A DNA stretch of 64,000 bases. Origin: Oopsacas minuta (Eukaryota > Animalia > Porifera). The position numbers were made by a program, and so were the translations under genes. The notes beneath the pieces are model-generated. The model did not search any database and was not told the origin of the DNA. It saw only the letters and a list, made by a program, of their open reading frames with translations. Positions 52,801 to 63,386 of the stretch are shown here, one piece after another. The number at the start of each line of letters is the position of its first letter. Position 1 is the stretch's first letter. The stretch spans positions 1 through 64,000 of the forward strand of contig JAKMXF010000334.1 in the NCBI GenBank assembly GCA_024704765.1, given 5' to 3'.

Positions 52801-55800
52801 TGATAATGCCCGAAAAATCGTTTCGGATCTATCCCATCTTCTAATGGTTCTTTTACCAAATATCCACTTACAATTTCCTCATTTTCTCCAGGAATTCTAT
52901 AGTATATTGGAATTAATTCTTGTTGCTTTGATTTTCTCTTTTTTCTTGAACGACCTGGATATTTGCTTGCCATTGAAGTTTTTTTTTGACAGAATATGTG
53001 ATAATTATATGTGTAAAGTTTCAATGCCTAATTTATTTGGTAAACTTATCCTTCTGAATTCATAATAATAAAATTTAATTGTGCTGACTATAGTGTAACA
53101 GTATTAATGTATTCTAAATCTATCAGAAAACTGTAATAATGGGTAAGTATTATCTTATTCCATAAAATTTCTCTACATTTTTAGACATTTACGAATTTGT
53201 CAAATCATTAATTAGTGATCCTAACAGAGACCAAAGGTTTTTGAGATGAAATTGATGGCTAATAGGATATTTGCCCATCATAATATCCCTACAGTTATTT
53301 CGTTATGAATCAATGTTATTGCATCTAAGTCTGACTTTTTGGATCAGGGGTTTATCTAAGTGCTTGGCTGACACCTAAAAACCCGACTGTGAGACCCATA
53401 TTAGTACAGGATATGTTTCTGTCTAAAAAAGGGACATCCAAGAGAGTTCCTGCAAGAACATTGTCGGACCAGAAATTCCTGGATGAACTCTTGCTTTCGA
53501 TCCGTGAGACTTGACAACTATGATACTACCATCAATTGTAGATTATTATAAACTATATGATAATGACACATAACTGCATTGCAACCTTTGACCAGAAAGA
53601 GGTTATGCTGTATCTATAATAACGACCCTATGATTTATATCAAACGTCAAATTTCGCATCGTCTACTCATCGGTGTAGTCGCCGTGTGGCCTGAGTGGCT
53701 GGTCCAATGATCCCCTAACAATTATATCAGTCCCCAAATAATTGTTCTCCACTATGCCCACGAGTCTAGTTAGCCTTCTTGTTAGAAAAATGTGTTTATA
53801 TTTCCTTTATACATTTCAAATATATTTCGAGTTAAAGGCATATTCCCTAGTCTTAAGCATGTAGATGCAAAGCACCCAGCGGTGTAGCTTGCTTTGGCAG
53901 ACTACTGGCTCACGGGTGCCGCATTAGGGGGGAGGTGACTTGAAATAAGGGGAATGTGGTGCAACATAAAAAAACACCCTGTCTAAGCCACTGAAACTAC
54001 CACAACTTAAATTACACCATACACGATGCAACAAAGTTACATCGTGTATGGTTGGTTAACTGTGTCATTGTACGTAAAATTATTCAGAGCAAACTTAACA
54101 ACAATAAATTAGATAGTATAGAAATAGAATTTGAATAAATACAAAAGTAAATAAATACCTAATTCTCAAATGAATCAGTAAGTAGTCTGTCTTAGTACAT
54201 CCATACACTTATCAGATATATCTACTCTATTTTTCTGCTTCCATTTTATTGACGCTATTTTCAAAGCTTCTTTGAATTCGCTTTTACATTCTCGACTTAA
54301 ACTATCCCAGAGATTATCGAATAAATTTTGTATGAATTGTGGCTCAATGACAATATCGTACTTATCCAGACCCAGTTGTTTTCCAAAGTGTATCATATAT
54401 TTATTATTCTCTTTCAGACGCGTTCCATCAAACTCAGGAATAATGTGCACGTTATGGTTCAACATGTGTCCAGTTAGACAATGTACTCCATCCTTTTGGC
54501 ATTTCTCACATAGATCTGTTAAATGCGGGGTTTTCATTTCATGATCATCACTGACATTTTCCAAATGAAATACTTTTGTTGGCCATTCGAAGAAATGGCA
54601 TTTTTTGCATTCTAACTGGTAACCTTGCCATGCATACCCAGATGTCCATCTACTACTGCAATTCTCACATTGATAATGCCCGAAAAATCGCTTTGATTGT
54701 GTACCTTTCTTTAGTCTTCTTTTTTCCAAATATCCACTCACAATTTCAACTCCTCCAGGAAGACGATAGTATATTGGTATGAGTTCATGTTCGGCTGATT
54801 CACTCTTTTTCCTTGAACGACCTGAGAGCCTACTTGCCATTAGAATATTGTTATTATACACTCCATTTGTTAACAATTGTGATATATATGAAGTTGTGAA
54901 CAATTAAGAATGCTTACCAGCAATGCCTAATTCTCAAAAGTAACAAATTCTGCACGAATTCTAGCTTGTGAGCATAATATAGAATTTCAAAATGTGCAGA
55001 ATTCCTGAATTGTTGGTGGGTGTTCTCTTATTTCAGTCATATGATTAACTACATAGATGGCAATTAACCTCATTTTCCAAACATAATTCAAACAGTTTAT
55101 CCCTCCCAATAGATCAGCCCTTGACCCCTTGGGTAGAAATTATTACAGGGACTCTATTTTACTCTATGATGCGTACTAACGTCAAATATATATTTACAAT
55201 TTGTACATACATAATATGTGTTTGTCCACTTATATTTCTTGTTAGAAATTATTGCAAATTTCTTTTAGTTATTTCCAGATATGGATCCTTTATGTGCAAG
55301 AAAGTTTAATGAGATCGATTTCATAAATAAGGAGTTTCCTACTGAACAGGTATTGTTGTTGACTTCTTGTTAATTGTTGTTCCCTACAACTTAATAATAT
55401 ATTTTCATTTAGTCTTTAGCTAATATCGATGACTTTATGAGTAGGATGAAGTTAGAAATAAGGTAAGTACAAAGTTAACACCCACTTGTCCTGCAGTTTG
55501 CATACTCACAACAAACTTTCAATAGACCCTCGTTAATACACCAAATGACCTTCAAATTTCATTATGCATATCCAAATTAGCCGAAATATGTAAGAATCTT
55601 TAAAGAGAATATTTAATAATGGGTCTAACGAAGTGAATGTAAATTCTGCGTTATGCTCTCCGCGGCCATATTTTAACGAGAGTCTAGATCCATTGTCCTG
55701 AAACAGTGTTTCCCGCATAATTTTGGTAATCGCTCATTTTGGGATTGTGTGGGGCTTCCGTCGCATATACACATATTAAGCCATATGTATAGAGTCTTCA

Positions 55801-58800
55801 TTTTAACGCAGCTAGATATTCTAAGTGCGTTAATTGACGCGCTTAACGCGCGCTTTGGGGGAAACACTGTCCCAAAGTATCTATATGATAATCCTTTATC
55901 CATATTCTTATATACCAGAAATCTGGATAAAGATATTCGTCAGATAGTACATGGTGAAGCTGGAGTAGGATATGAAGGAGAAGTGGTGAGTATATTCTGT
56001 AGTGAATTTGAAAACAAATATTAGTATACTTTTGTAGCTTAAAGTTATGGTCAGGTATTGAATTAATTCAGTATGTACTTCTATGGTGGATAATATAGTA
56101 CGTGGTTCTTTATTCAATACAATATTTGCAATTCGTCTATTTGCTATAAGCAATTTTTCATGTATTTGTTGTATAGTAAATACTAATACACATTATAAAT
56201 TCTCGGATTAACAATGTATGCAATATATGATTTGCTTTTAGACAAACTCCATTGTATTTCTGTTGGACAATAGTCGATGGTGGAATTAGAGACCTCATAT
56301 TTTAGAAACATACAATCTTTGTCAATTTCTATCTACCATCATATACATACATTGATATCATTTAGGCATTATCTGAGGCAAGAGATGCAATCAACAAGCT
56401 ATTTTCGAGAATAAAAGACATAAAGGAAAAAGCAGAAACTTCTGAGAAAATGGTTTGTATATGCTTAATGAATGCACACATCTTCTGATAGTAAATATTG
56501 TCTGGGTGAACTATTCCATCCCTCGCCTACTAGTTGTTAGTGCTAATCGCTTATAAGAACACCCTTAGGATAGTAAAACATGTTTTTATAATAAGTAGAG
56601 CTCCGCCTTAAACATTTAACACACGATCCGATAGCATCTGGGATTTTACTGTCACTAGAAAAATCCTAGCAAAATCAACTTTCAATATCAGTTTAGGGTG
56701 ATTGGTGAGTTAATACAAGTTTGCATTTTAATAACCAGTTGTAATGTCGAAAAGAAAATCTAAATTAGATTTCCCATTATCTGTTACTTCATTTGTTTCA
56801 ATGAAGATGCATACATGTGAGTTAATTACATTGGAACCTTCTACAACACTCCCATATCATGAGTACTTGAAATTTGAGCTACAAAACGGATCACAAGATC
56901 TAACTAATATATCTTTCAATGAAGAAAGTATTAGATATTGTATAGCCTTCAAATTTGGTGACATAACTTCTACCAGGATGATTCTGTAATACAGAGTTTC
57001 ATGAAACAGTAGCTCGAATGTTTATGAGAAATCTCGCATAATTATCAACTTAAGTATAGAATACGTATATGATCATTTTGAAATTTAGTCAAGTCTTCGC
57101 TTGTCAAATTGTGAACTTCCGTTATATCGAACACGGATATTTCGAAATACCCGCTCATATCGAAGTCCGAAATTGTACAAATATGGTCCCAAACCGTCCA
57201 ATTCACATTAATTCGTCAGTTATATCGTACTCCGATTTTATCGTTATTTTTCGCGGTCCCTTAAGCTTCGATAAAACATGAATTTACTGTACAACTTCGA
57301 GCTAAACCTATTGCTATAACCCATTGACAAGAGAGTAGTATTCACCATTAATTCTGTTTATAGGTTAAAGCCATTACAAAAGAAATTAAGGAACTCGATA
57401 CAGCCAAAACTAATCTAACATTCTCTATTACAACTTTAGAGAATCTCTCAATGCTAGTTCGTTCTATTGAAGATTTATCGTGAGTTATCTCCTCGATAAA
57501 TGAGTTGAAATATCACATTTGATTCAACTAAAGTGCTAAACCTTATTTTGCAATCAGACAAACGGATAGACAGAGTCGAATAAACAGACGAACAAACAAA
57601 CAATATAAGGGAACAACTGAGATTTTTAAAATACATTACACGTAATTATGTAATTATGTAATTATGTAATTATGTATATTCTTTATATAGCAAATGGTTT
57701 GTCGTATGGAAATGTCCTATACAACATCGAAAGGTTACTTTTCAAAAAATCCTTTGCTATTTGAACAATATTTTGAGTGAAATTATATTTACTAAATTAA
57801 GATTCATGTTGTAGGCAGTGGCGCTGCCAGGTTTTTGTCACGGTGGTGTCGGCCATGCGGGTGGTGCGAGCAGTGTTGAATTGTATTGAGCTATTAAGTA
57901 ATTATTTGTCAAGTAACTCAAGAAAGAGATTAATTAGTTCATAGATTGTCCTAAATCTAAACACTACTGCCTGAAACCATACAGAAATTATATTTATCAA
58001 ATATTCACTACCATTTTACTAATTTCAGCTTACATTCGTCTGAACAAGTTCAGATGATCCGCATCAGCCCCGCAACATCTTGGCTACACCTCTGGTTGTA
58101 GGTACGTATCTGCATCAATGTACACCAGTTAAAGTATACGTATTTTAATTTATGCCCAGGATCTGTTATTTAAATTTGATTATTCTTAATACGTACTATC
58201 GTAATTTGTCCTACTTGCCACCAATCACGAGGAAGAATATTATACTTGTTATGGGTTATGAAAAAATCTAACTGATGTAGCCACAATATATTATTGTCCA
58301 GTTTAAACAAATTGGACACTGCACAATAAGAGTGTTTACTAGCTTCAATACTATTTTCAATTCATGAACATTTATTTCAAAGGCATTTATTGAAACTAAA
58401 AGTGAAACATGAGCGGATTCATTTCTCGTATTTGGCCAAACCTCTCTCATATTGAAACATCATATTTCAAAACATATTTTGATTGCATAACAACCTTCAT
58501 GATTCGGTAGACGTTTATTAATTAAACAAAATTATAGTTTAGTGCTTTCATTTTGTAATTGAATTTCTTCTAGAAATTGGTACTTTTTCATATCTTATAT
58601 TGCTAATTTTGACACGAATATATTCTATTAAATCATTTTAAATATTCTAAGAATGTAATTCCTTAAAATTTATTTCTCCTTATTTTATATAAATGTCAAT
58701 ATCAGATTATTAAACAATAAATTAGATTTGACCATATAAGTCAAGCTCGTTTAACTCAACTATATTTCTAAGAAATCAATCTTCTATGTATAGCAATTTG

Positions 58801-60060
58801 CTTATACGATTGATTCCTTATACTTTACTATTAATAATTCAATATATATTACTCACTTGCAATTACTGTAACATAATACTACAAATGCACACATTTGCGA
58901 ACATAACTCATTTGAAATATATATTAAGTACAGGCGTTAAATTTCTAGGCAGAATATTGCTCAGAAAAAGTACTTAGAGGTTGAGAAGATTCTTGAAAGA
59001 ATTGGCTCTGTAAGTGATACGTTCAAACTTTTTACAGATATCAAAGAAATTACAGAATTGTTACAAAGGTAATAATAAATATTCAATATTAAGGTCATAT
59101 AATTATGAGAAATGAAAGTATTTTTATTCACAGGAAACTTACATCCTGGTATTAATATGATTATTTATACTGATAGCTTATACTCTTCGCTCCCAGCCTT
59201 CCTCACAGTTTGACCTGTTATTTGTACATTTTAGTCCGGGTTTAGCTCATCTAAACTGAAGAATATTGTCTATACTATGTCTGTGTACTGCTTGGAATAC
59301 ACATGGCATAATCGTATTTGTAGACCAGTAGATTTACAGGATAACGGGAATAGTTAAACTATTTCCTTTTTGTATTACGTATGTGTTTAAGATTCAGTAA
59401 AATGAAAAATGAACTGCATGCCCCATAAATTATATCTGGATTACTCTTAATGAGTAACAAGGTATTGAATAAGAGTTGTCTAATAATTAGACAAAACCTA
59501 TCATACACAACATAACTAGCAGGGATTTAGTGAAAGTCAAGGGAGAAATTGAACTCCATCCAGGCAGTAAAGTCATTAAGGTTTGCACTTTGGAGGTAAA
59601 TGAGCACTGACAATTTCTGAATGTTCATAAGGCAGTCAGACTACTATAATGTTGACCATTATCTAGGTGGTTGGAGGCGCCTACAAGTGTCAGTTCAGCA
59701 GTACATAAATTTCCGACCCTACATTGTTGACAGATCAAGTATAAAGTTAATATATTGGGCTTTGGAAATTTGCATGAATTTGGCATTAAATATTCAAGTT
59801 TGTGTGGCATGAACTTTTTTGGAACATCACCTGGCAACCTGCGACCATGAGACTCTAATGTTTCCGTCCAAAAAGTGTCACGCGAGGATAGTTCATACTA
59901 GATAAAGTGTGACATGGATTCCTATTAGTATTTGAAAAACCTAATATTCTTAACACTTCACCTATCTCTCTCTATATTTAGTGTTACTCAAATACAAAAT
60001 GATTTAAAAATACAAATAAAGAAGGATTTTGAAGAAGGAACAACCACAAAAGGAATAAAG
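46846..60060 (+). CDS. VPS53: Vacuolar protein sorting 53 (GARP/EARP subunit), 5' part. Exons 46846-46974, 55269-55349, 55413-55462, 55919-55985, 56366-56452, 57364-57479, 58949-59068 and 59982-60060 (243 codons); it presumably continues past the window.
   Basis: Spliced translation LMFPEEVEVALEK|LFPDMDPLCARKFNEIDFINKEFPTEQ|SLANIDDFMSRMKLEIR|NLDKDIRQIV...|ALSEARDAINKLFSRIKDIKEKAETSEKM|VKAITKEIKELDTAKTNLTFSITTLENL follows human [21 protein letters not shown]...INTLFPTEQSLANIDEV...[42 protein letters not shown]. All junctions are GT-AG and in phase. Confidence 0.9.
47749..49449 (+). CDS. RFWD3: E3 ubiquitin ligase RFWD3 (RING + coiled coil + WD40), intronless, nested in VPS53 intron 1
   Basis: [34 protein letters not shown]...KCPQC, then WD40 segments [13 protein letters not shown] and [17 protein letters not shown]. 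Confidence 0.92.
   Translation: [566 protein letters not shown]
49604..49712. mobile_element. Truncated MITE family B copy abutting the NHL pseudogene
   Basis: cagtaagaccgccacaaacg ... ctttgtggaagttcatttatatggcactaggaattcg, shared with the copy at 25535. Confidence 0.6.
49719..50426 (+). pseudogene. 5'-truncated, frameshifted NHL-repeat gene fragment
   Basis: The + frame reads ITGEYIGTFCKGQ...VYISDARLHCIFEF...RVGKVGSG, shifts near 49890, then reads FLYPRSITIAHNEDIFVTDSHDNRVVVMTP...IIMGDCRANNIKVF. No start codon or coiled coil upstream. Confidence 0.75.
50827..51500 (-). pseudogene. zf-3CxxC + death-fold-like gene, copy 1, with a 1-nt frameshift near 51250
   Basis: Paralogous to 52299 and 54175. 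The minus strand reads tgt ggttatttgaatgg (14 nt) where copy 2 has tgt gatttgtttgaatgg (15 nt). Confidence 0.8.
51723..52130. mobile_element. Tigger/pogo-like MITE between zf-3CxxC copies 1 and 2
   Basis: tacagtcgaacctccaagatcc ... ggatctgaggttcgacagta. Confidence 0.65.
52299..52973 (-). CDS. zf-3CxxC (ZCCHC24/ZAR1/RTP-type) zinc finger + death-fold-like C-terminus, copy 2, 224 aa
   Basis: KRFFGHYQCKICRNKWTSGYSW...ECKTC...PHLSSLCEKC...HC follows the ZCCHC24-type pattern FGEYRCPKCNRKWMSGNSW...CIKC...HPQHLCEKC. ATG at 52973. Confidence 0.85.
   Translation of the reverse strand: MASKYPGRSRKKRKSKQQELIPIYYRIPGENEEIVSGYLVKEPLEDGIDPKRFFGHYQCKICRNKWTSGYSWQGYQLECKTCDLFEWPTKVYHLENKDDDFVMKKPHLSSLCEKCQDDGVHCLTGLALKPDTDKKRKTKLHNDDDYSHRNQFMIHFGKQLGLHKQEIKIEGQFIQELFDNLWDTLNKKDKSEFKEALKITAAKWQQRNREDLADICKDVLRQTR
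54175..54840 (-). CDS. zf-3CxxC + death-fold-like protein, copy 3, 221 aa
   Basis: Same architecture as copy 2: KRFFGHYQCENCSSRWTSGYAW...CKKC...PHLTDLCEKC. ATG at 54840. Confidence 0.85.
   Translation of the reverse strand: MASRLSGRSRKKSESAEHELIPIYYRLPGGVEIVSGYLEKRRLKKGTQSKRFFGHYQCENCSSRWTSGYAWQGYQLECKKCHFFEWPTKVFHLENVSDDHEMKTPHLTDLCEKCQKDGVHCLTGHMLNHNVHIIPEFDGTRLKENNKYMIHFGKQLGLDKYDIVIEPQFIQNLFDNLWDSLSRECKSEFKEALKIASIKWKQKNRVDISDKCMDVLRQTTY
55704..55869. mobile_element. hAT-like MITE in VPS53 intron 3
   Basis: TIR cagtgtttccc / gggaaacactg. Flanks tcctgaaa / tcccaaag match at 5 of 8 positions. Confidence 0.65.
57107..57291. mobile_element. MITE family A, longer copy, in VPS53 intron 5
   Basis: Contains ccgttatatcgaacacggata, aaattgtacaaatatggtcccaaaccgt and gcggtcccttaagcttcgata, all shared with other family A copies. 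Confidence 0.7.
57642..57676. repeat. Tandem repeat (GTAATTAT)x4
   Basis: Seen directly. Confidence 0.85.
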
Positions 60061-60211
60061 GTACTTAAACTTTCCCAAATCCATCAATTCTCATATAATA
60101 TTTGCTTATAATACAAGTATACTTGCTTAGAAACTTTCGATGATAACTTAACTTCTTACTGAAGTTTCTAAGCAGGTCAAGGTGATCTGAAACTATCCCT
60201 ATAATTATATT

Positions 60212-60598
60212 TACAGTCACATCACTCATATCGAAATAAATATCTCAATCCCTTGCGCTTCGATAACCCCTGATTCCTTATCGGGCCTACATGTTAACTG
60301 TATTCTTATTACAGAGATTCTACTTTATAGTGTCAGCGTATACAGAATACAGTGAACCTCGTTAATACGAACACCAACGGAGTTTCATGTTAACCAGACT
60401 GATACCAATTCCACTGTAGGGACCTGATAATGTGTATACACAGTTATACGAATTATGGATAAGACTAACTTATTTTTCGTCTTGTCCGTAAATTCTTATA
60501 ACTGAGTTTGTCATAAAAGGTAACTCACGATAAGGAGTCTCGTTTTATCGAAGCACACCGGATTGAGATATTAACCTTGATATGAGTGATGAAGTGTA
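60212..60598. mobile_element. Composite MITE with ~75-bp imperfect inverted ends
   Basis: catcactcatatcgaaataaatatctcaatcc...gcttcgataa...ccttatcg is mirrored by cgataagg...ttatcgaagc...ggattgagatatt...gatatgagtgatg. Confidence 0.65.
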
Positions 60599-60881
60599 AT
60601 TATAAGAAAAGTTCATATAAGCTAATTTATGCATACACAGATTGATTTCTGAAAACTATACAAAAGCTTAACGCTCTATTAGGGTTGTGATAAGTATTAG
60701 GGTTATGATAATATTGAAAGTAATGGAATTCTGGTAATTAATTAAGGAACTTAACTCTTAATAGTGAATCTGGAAAGAAAATACATTCTAAGCGAATTTA
60801 ACATTTGAGTTAATATAAATAGCAACTGAGAAAATAAACAAAACAACAAACAAGTAAATAAATAAATTGAAAATAAATATA

Positions 60882-61202
60882 ATGGAATATTCAACATACG
60901 AATCAATTGACATTAATCAAATGAGTTACTCAATGGAGCATATTTGCGAAATGCCTATTCCTGAGTTAAATGAACTCATTTTCAAAGCGAATATGACACA
61001 AAAAGAGAAATTGGATATAAAGAATAGAAGAAAATATTACAAAATCAACAAAGCTTCTTTGAAACAGCAACTAAATCGTCTTACACAGGAAATAACTGAA
61101 TTGGAGAGGGTAAAGAAGGAATTGGAAGATGAGAGAATTCAATATAGAAGAGATATACTTTTCTACAAGATGGAGTTGAAGAAGGGGAACACAGTATATT
61201 GA
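60882..61202 (+). CDS. Small Maf/CNC-like bZIP protein with degenerate basic region, copy 1 (106 aa from the ATG at 60882)
   Basis: YSMEHICEMPIPELNELIF resembles the Maf extended homology region LSDDELVSMSVRELNQHL. It is followed by IKNRRK and the zipper TQEITELERVKKEL (MafK TQKEELERQRVEL). Confidence 0.7.
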   Translation: MEYSTYESIDINQMSYSMEHICEMPIPELNELIFKANMTQKEKLDIKNRRKYYKINKASLKQQLNRLTQEITELERVKKELEDERIQYRRDILFYKMELKKGNTVY

Positions 61203-61620
61203 GAATTCTTCCCTTCAAAACTCGCAGTGCAAGACCAGGCAACTTCAACTTAGCAAAAAGCGCAATAATTCAGGATTATCGCATTATCTCTGATCAAACA
61301 ATTTTGCCTCAATTTTTGCTGTTCTTAGATTTGTTATCAATTTATAATCGTTTACAATAAATAAGCCAGCTTCTATTTTATACATAAACATACACCTTAT
61401 GAAGTGAACTGAGTAGAATTGTATGCCAACATACAAATTTACTGAAAGTGTTTGTAAAAGGTATACACTTACTTGCAACTTAAGGAAATTCCACTCTTAT
61501 AGATTTCGGCTATTTGTATCTATGACAGAACCATTTCTCTGGCAAAATGAAAGTTTGGGAGTCAAACATTCCCAACAACACTCAGGGAGGATGGAGCGAA
61601 TAATTGTCTTAAAAAGTGAT

Positions 61621-62373
61621 CAGGGCCGTGCCAGTAATGTAATCTGCTCAGGTCAAACCTAGGTATAATTTTCCAGACCAGGTTTTGACCAGGTGACAGC
61701 CTGGGCACTGGAAATAGTGGATACATTTAGAAGGTAGATAGTTGGCAACTATAGTATATGTTCGCATGTAATAAAATCGATAAGAATATACGTAGTTCCA
61801 CATCGCTTGTTTGTTCTAATATATAACTATGAGGTTTTGAATTAATATCATATAATATTTTAAAACTGATGTGCATCAAAAATGGAATAATACTTTTTCC
61901 GTATCTTTTAATGATTCAGAGAATAATCACACCTCATTGGGAGCTGTCACGGAACTGGTCCGGGACCAGTTATGGCCAACTATAACTGGTCCATCGCGCT
62001 GTAGTAGCCCCAGAATATACGCCCACTAGAATATGCCTCTCGGGGTTATATTCTGGGCTTACCCACTTCATACCAGTGTATATTTGAGGACGGGGTATAA
62101 TCTCGGCTGTTACACCAGAAAGATCTATCATGATCAGTATTGGCGCCCACTAAACTACCACTTAGTTATGACTGTCCATAAATCTGTTCTAAGTATAATA
62201 AGTGAATGGAAATCCCTAAAGAGACCTTCCATACAGCCTGGCCAGTTATGGATGCCACAACTGGCCCGAGCCGGACAAGTTATGGGCCGGGCCAGTTGTA
62301 TCATAACAGAGCCCTGATGTTTACTCTAATTAGGTTTGACCTGGTCAGAGATAATTAGGCTCGCATGGCCCTG
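61621..62373. mobile_element. Non-autonomous TIR element (hAT-like CAGGGCC ends) interrupting the left palindrome arm; it contains a probable nested element at ~61946-62308
   Basis: Left end cagggccgtgccag...caggtcaaaccta; reverse complement of the right end cagggccatgcgag...caggtcaaaccta. Confidence 0.75.
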
Positions 62374-63065
62374 GAAATGCTCATTCAATCAATAAATAAT
62401 GAATGAGTTTGCCTTGTTGAGCAACAGTATTGGACATGCATATTCAATATTGGCAACACTAAGAATATATACTCAGGACATTAAAGTAGTGTGCTTCAAA
62501 GAGCGACGCTCCTACTTGTTTGTAAACAATTTACAAATTTCATGGTTATTCTGAATTTCAATATTAGGTTCAGTGTTGCAATAATGAATATGTTTGCTGT
62601 ATCCAATTCTGTTGTTTGATCTAAACCATATTCTTGATTGAATGAGCATTTCTTTTTAAGACAATTATTCGCTCCATCCTCCCTGAGTGTTGTTGGGAAT
62701 GTTTGACTCCCAAACTTTCATTTTGCCAGAGAAATGGTTCTGTCATAGATACAAATAGCCGAAATCTATAAGAGTGGAATTTCCTTAAGTTGCAAGTAAG
62801 TGTATACCTTTTACAAACACTTTCAGTAAATTTGTATGTTGGCATACAATTCTACTCAGTTCACTTCATAAGGTGTGTGTTTATGTATAAAATAGAAGCT
62901 GGCTTATTTATTGTAAACGATTATAAATTGATAACAAATCTAAGAACAGCAAAAATTGAGGCAAAATTGTTTGATCAGAGATAATGCGATAATCCTGAAT
63001 TATTGCGCTTTTTGCTAAGTTGAAGTTGCCTGGTCTTGCACTGCGAGTTTTGAAGGGAAGAATTC

Positions 63066-63386
63066 TCAATATACTGTGTTCCCCTTCTTCAACTCCATCT
63101 TGTAGAAAAGTATATCTCTTCTATATTGAATTCTCTCATCTTCCAATTCCTTCTTTACCCTCTCCAATTCAGTTATTTCCTGTGTAAGACGATTTAGTTG
63201 CTGTTTCAAAGAAGCTTTGTTGATTTTGTAATATTTTCTTCTATTCTTTATATCCAATTTCTCTTTTTGTGTCATATTCGCTTTGAAAATGAGTTCATTT
63301 AACTCAGGAATAGGCATTTCGCAAATATGCTCCATTGAGTAACTCATTTGATTAATGTCAATTGATTCGTATGTTGAATATTCCAT
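63066..63386 (-). CDS. Small Maf/CNC-like bZIP protein, copy 2 (identical protein, convergent orientation)
   Basis: Mirror image of 60882-61202 within the inverted repeat. Confidence 0.7.
   Translation of the reverse strand: MEYSTYESIDINQMSYSMEHICEMPIPELNELIFKANMTQKEKLDIKNRRKYYKINKASLKQQLNRLTQEITELERVKKELEDERIQYRRDILFYKMELKKGNTVY

Noticed and set aside
56744-56989. 81-aa ORF in VPS53 intron 5 as another nested gene
   Set aside because: No recognisable motif, and its length is within chance expectation.
57691-57732. Possible VPS53 exon encoding NGLSYGNVLYNIE
   Set aside because: It is out of phase with exon 6. The exon at 58949 joins in phase and aligns better.
59600-59840. Cys-containing ORF in VPS53 intron 7 (ICQQCRVGNLC)
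   Set aside because: It has a single CxxC and no supporting context. It may be a TE relic but cannot be assigned.
61284-62984. Paired short ORFs in the palindrome arms (MQVSVY..., MPTYKF...)
   Set aside because: They recur only because the DNA is duplicated, look non-coding, and the MPTYKF pair diverges where the arms end.
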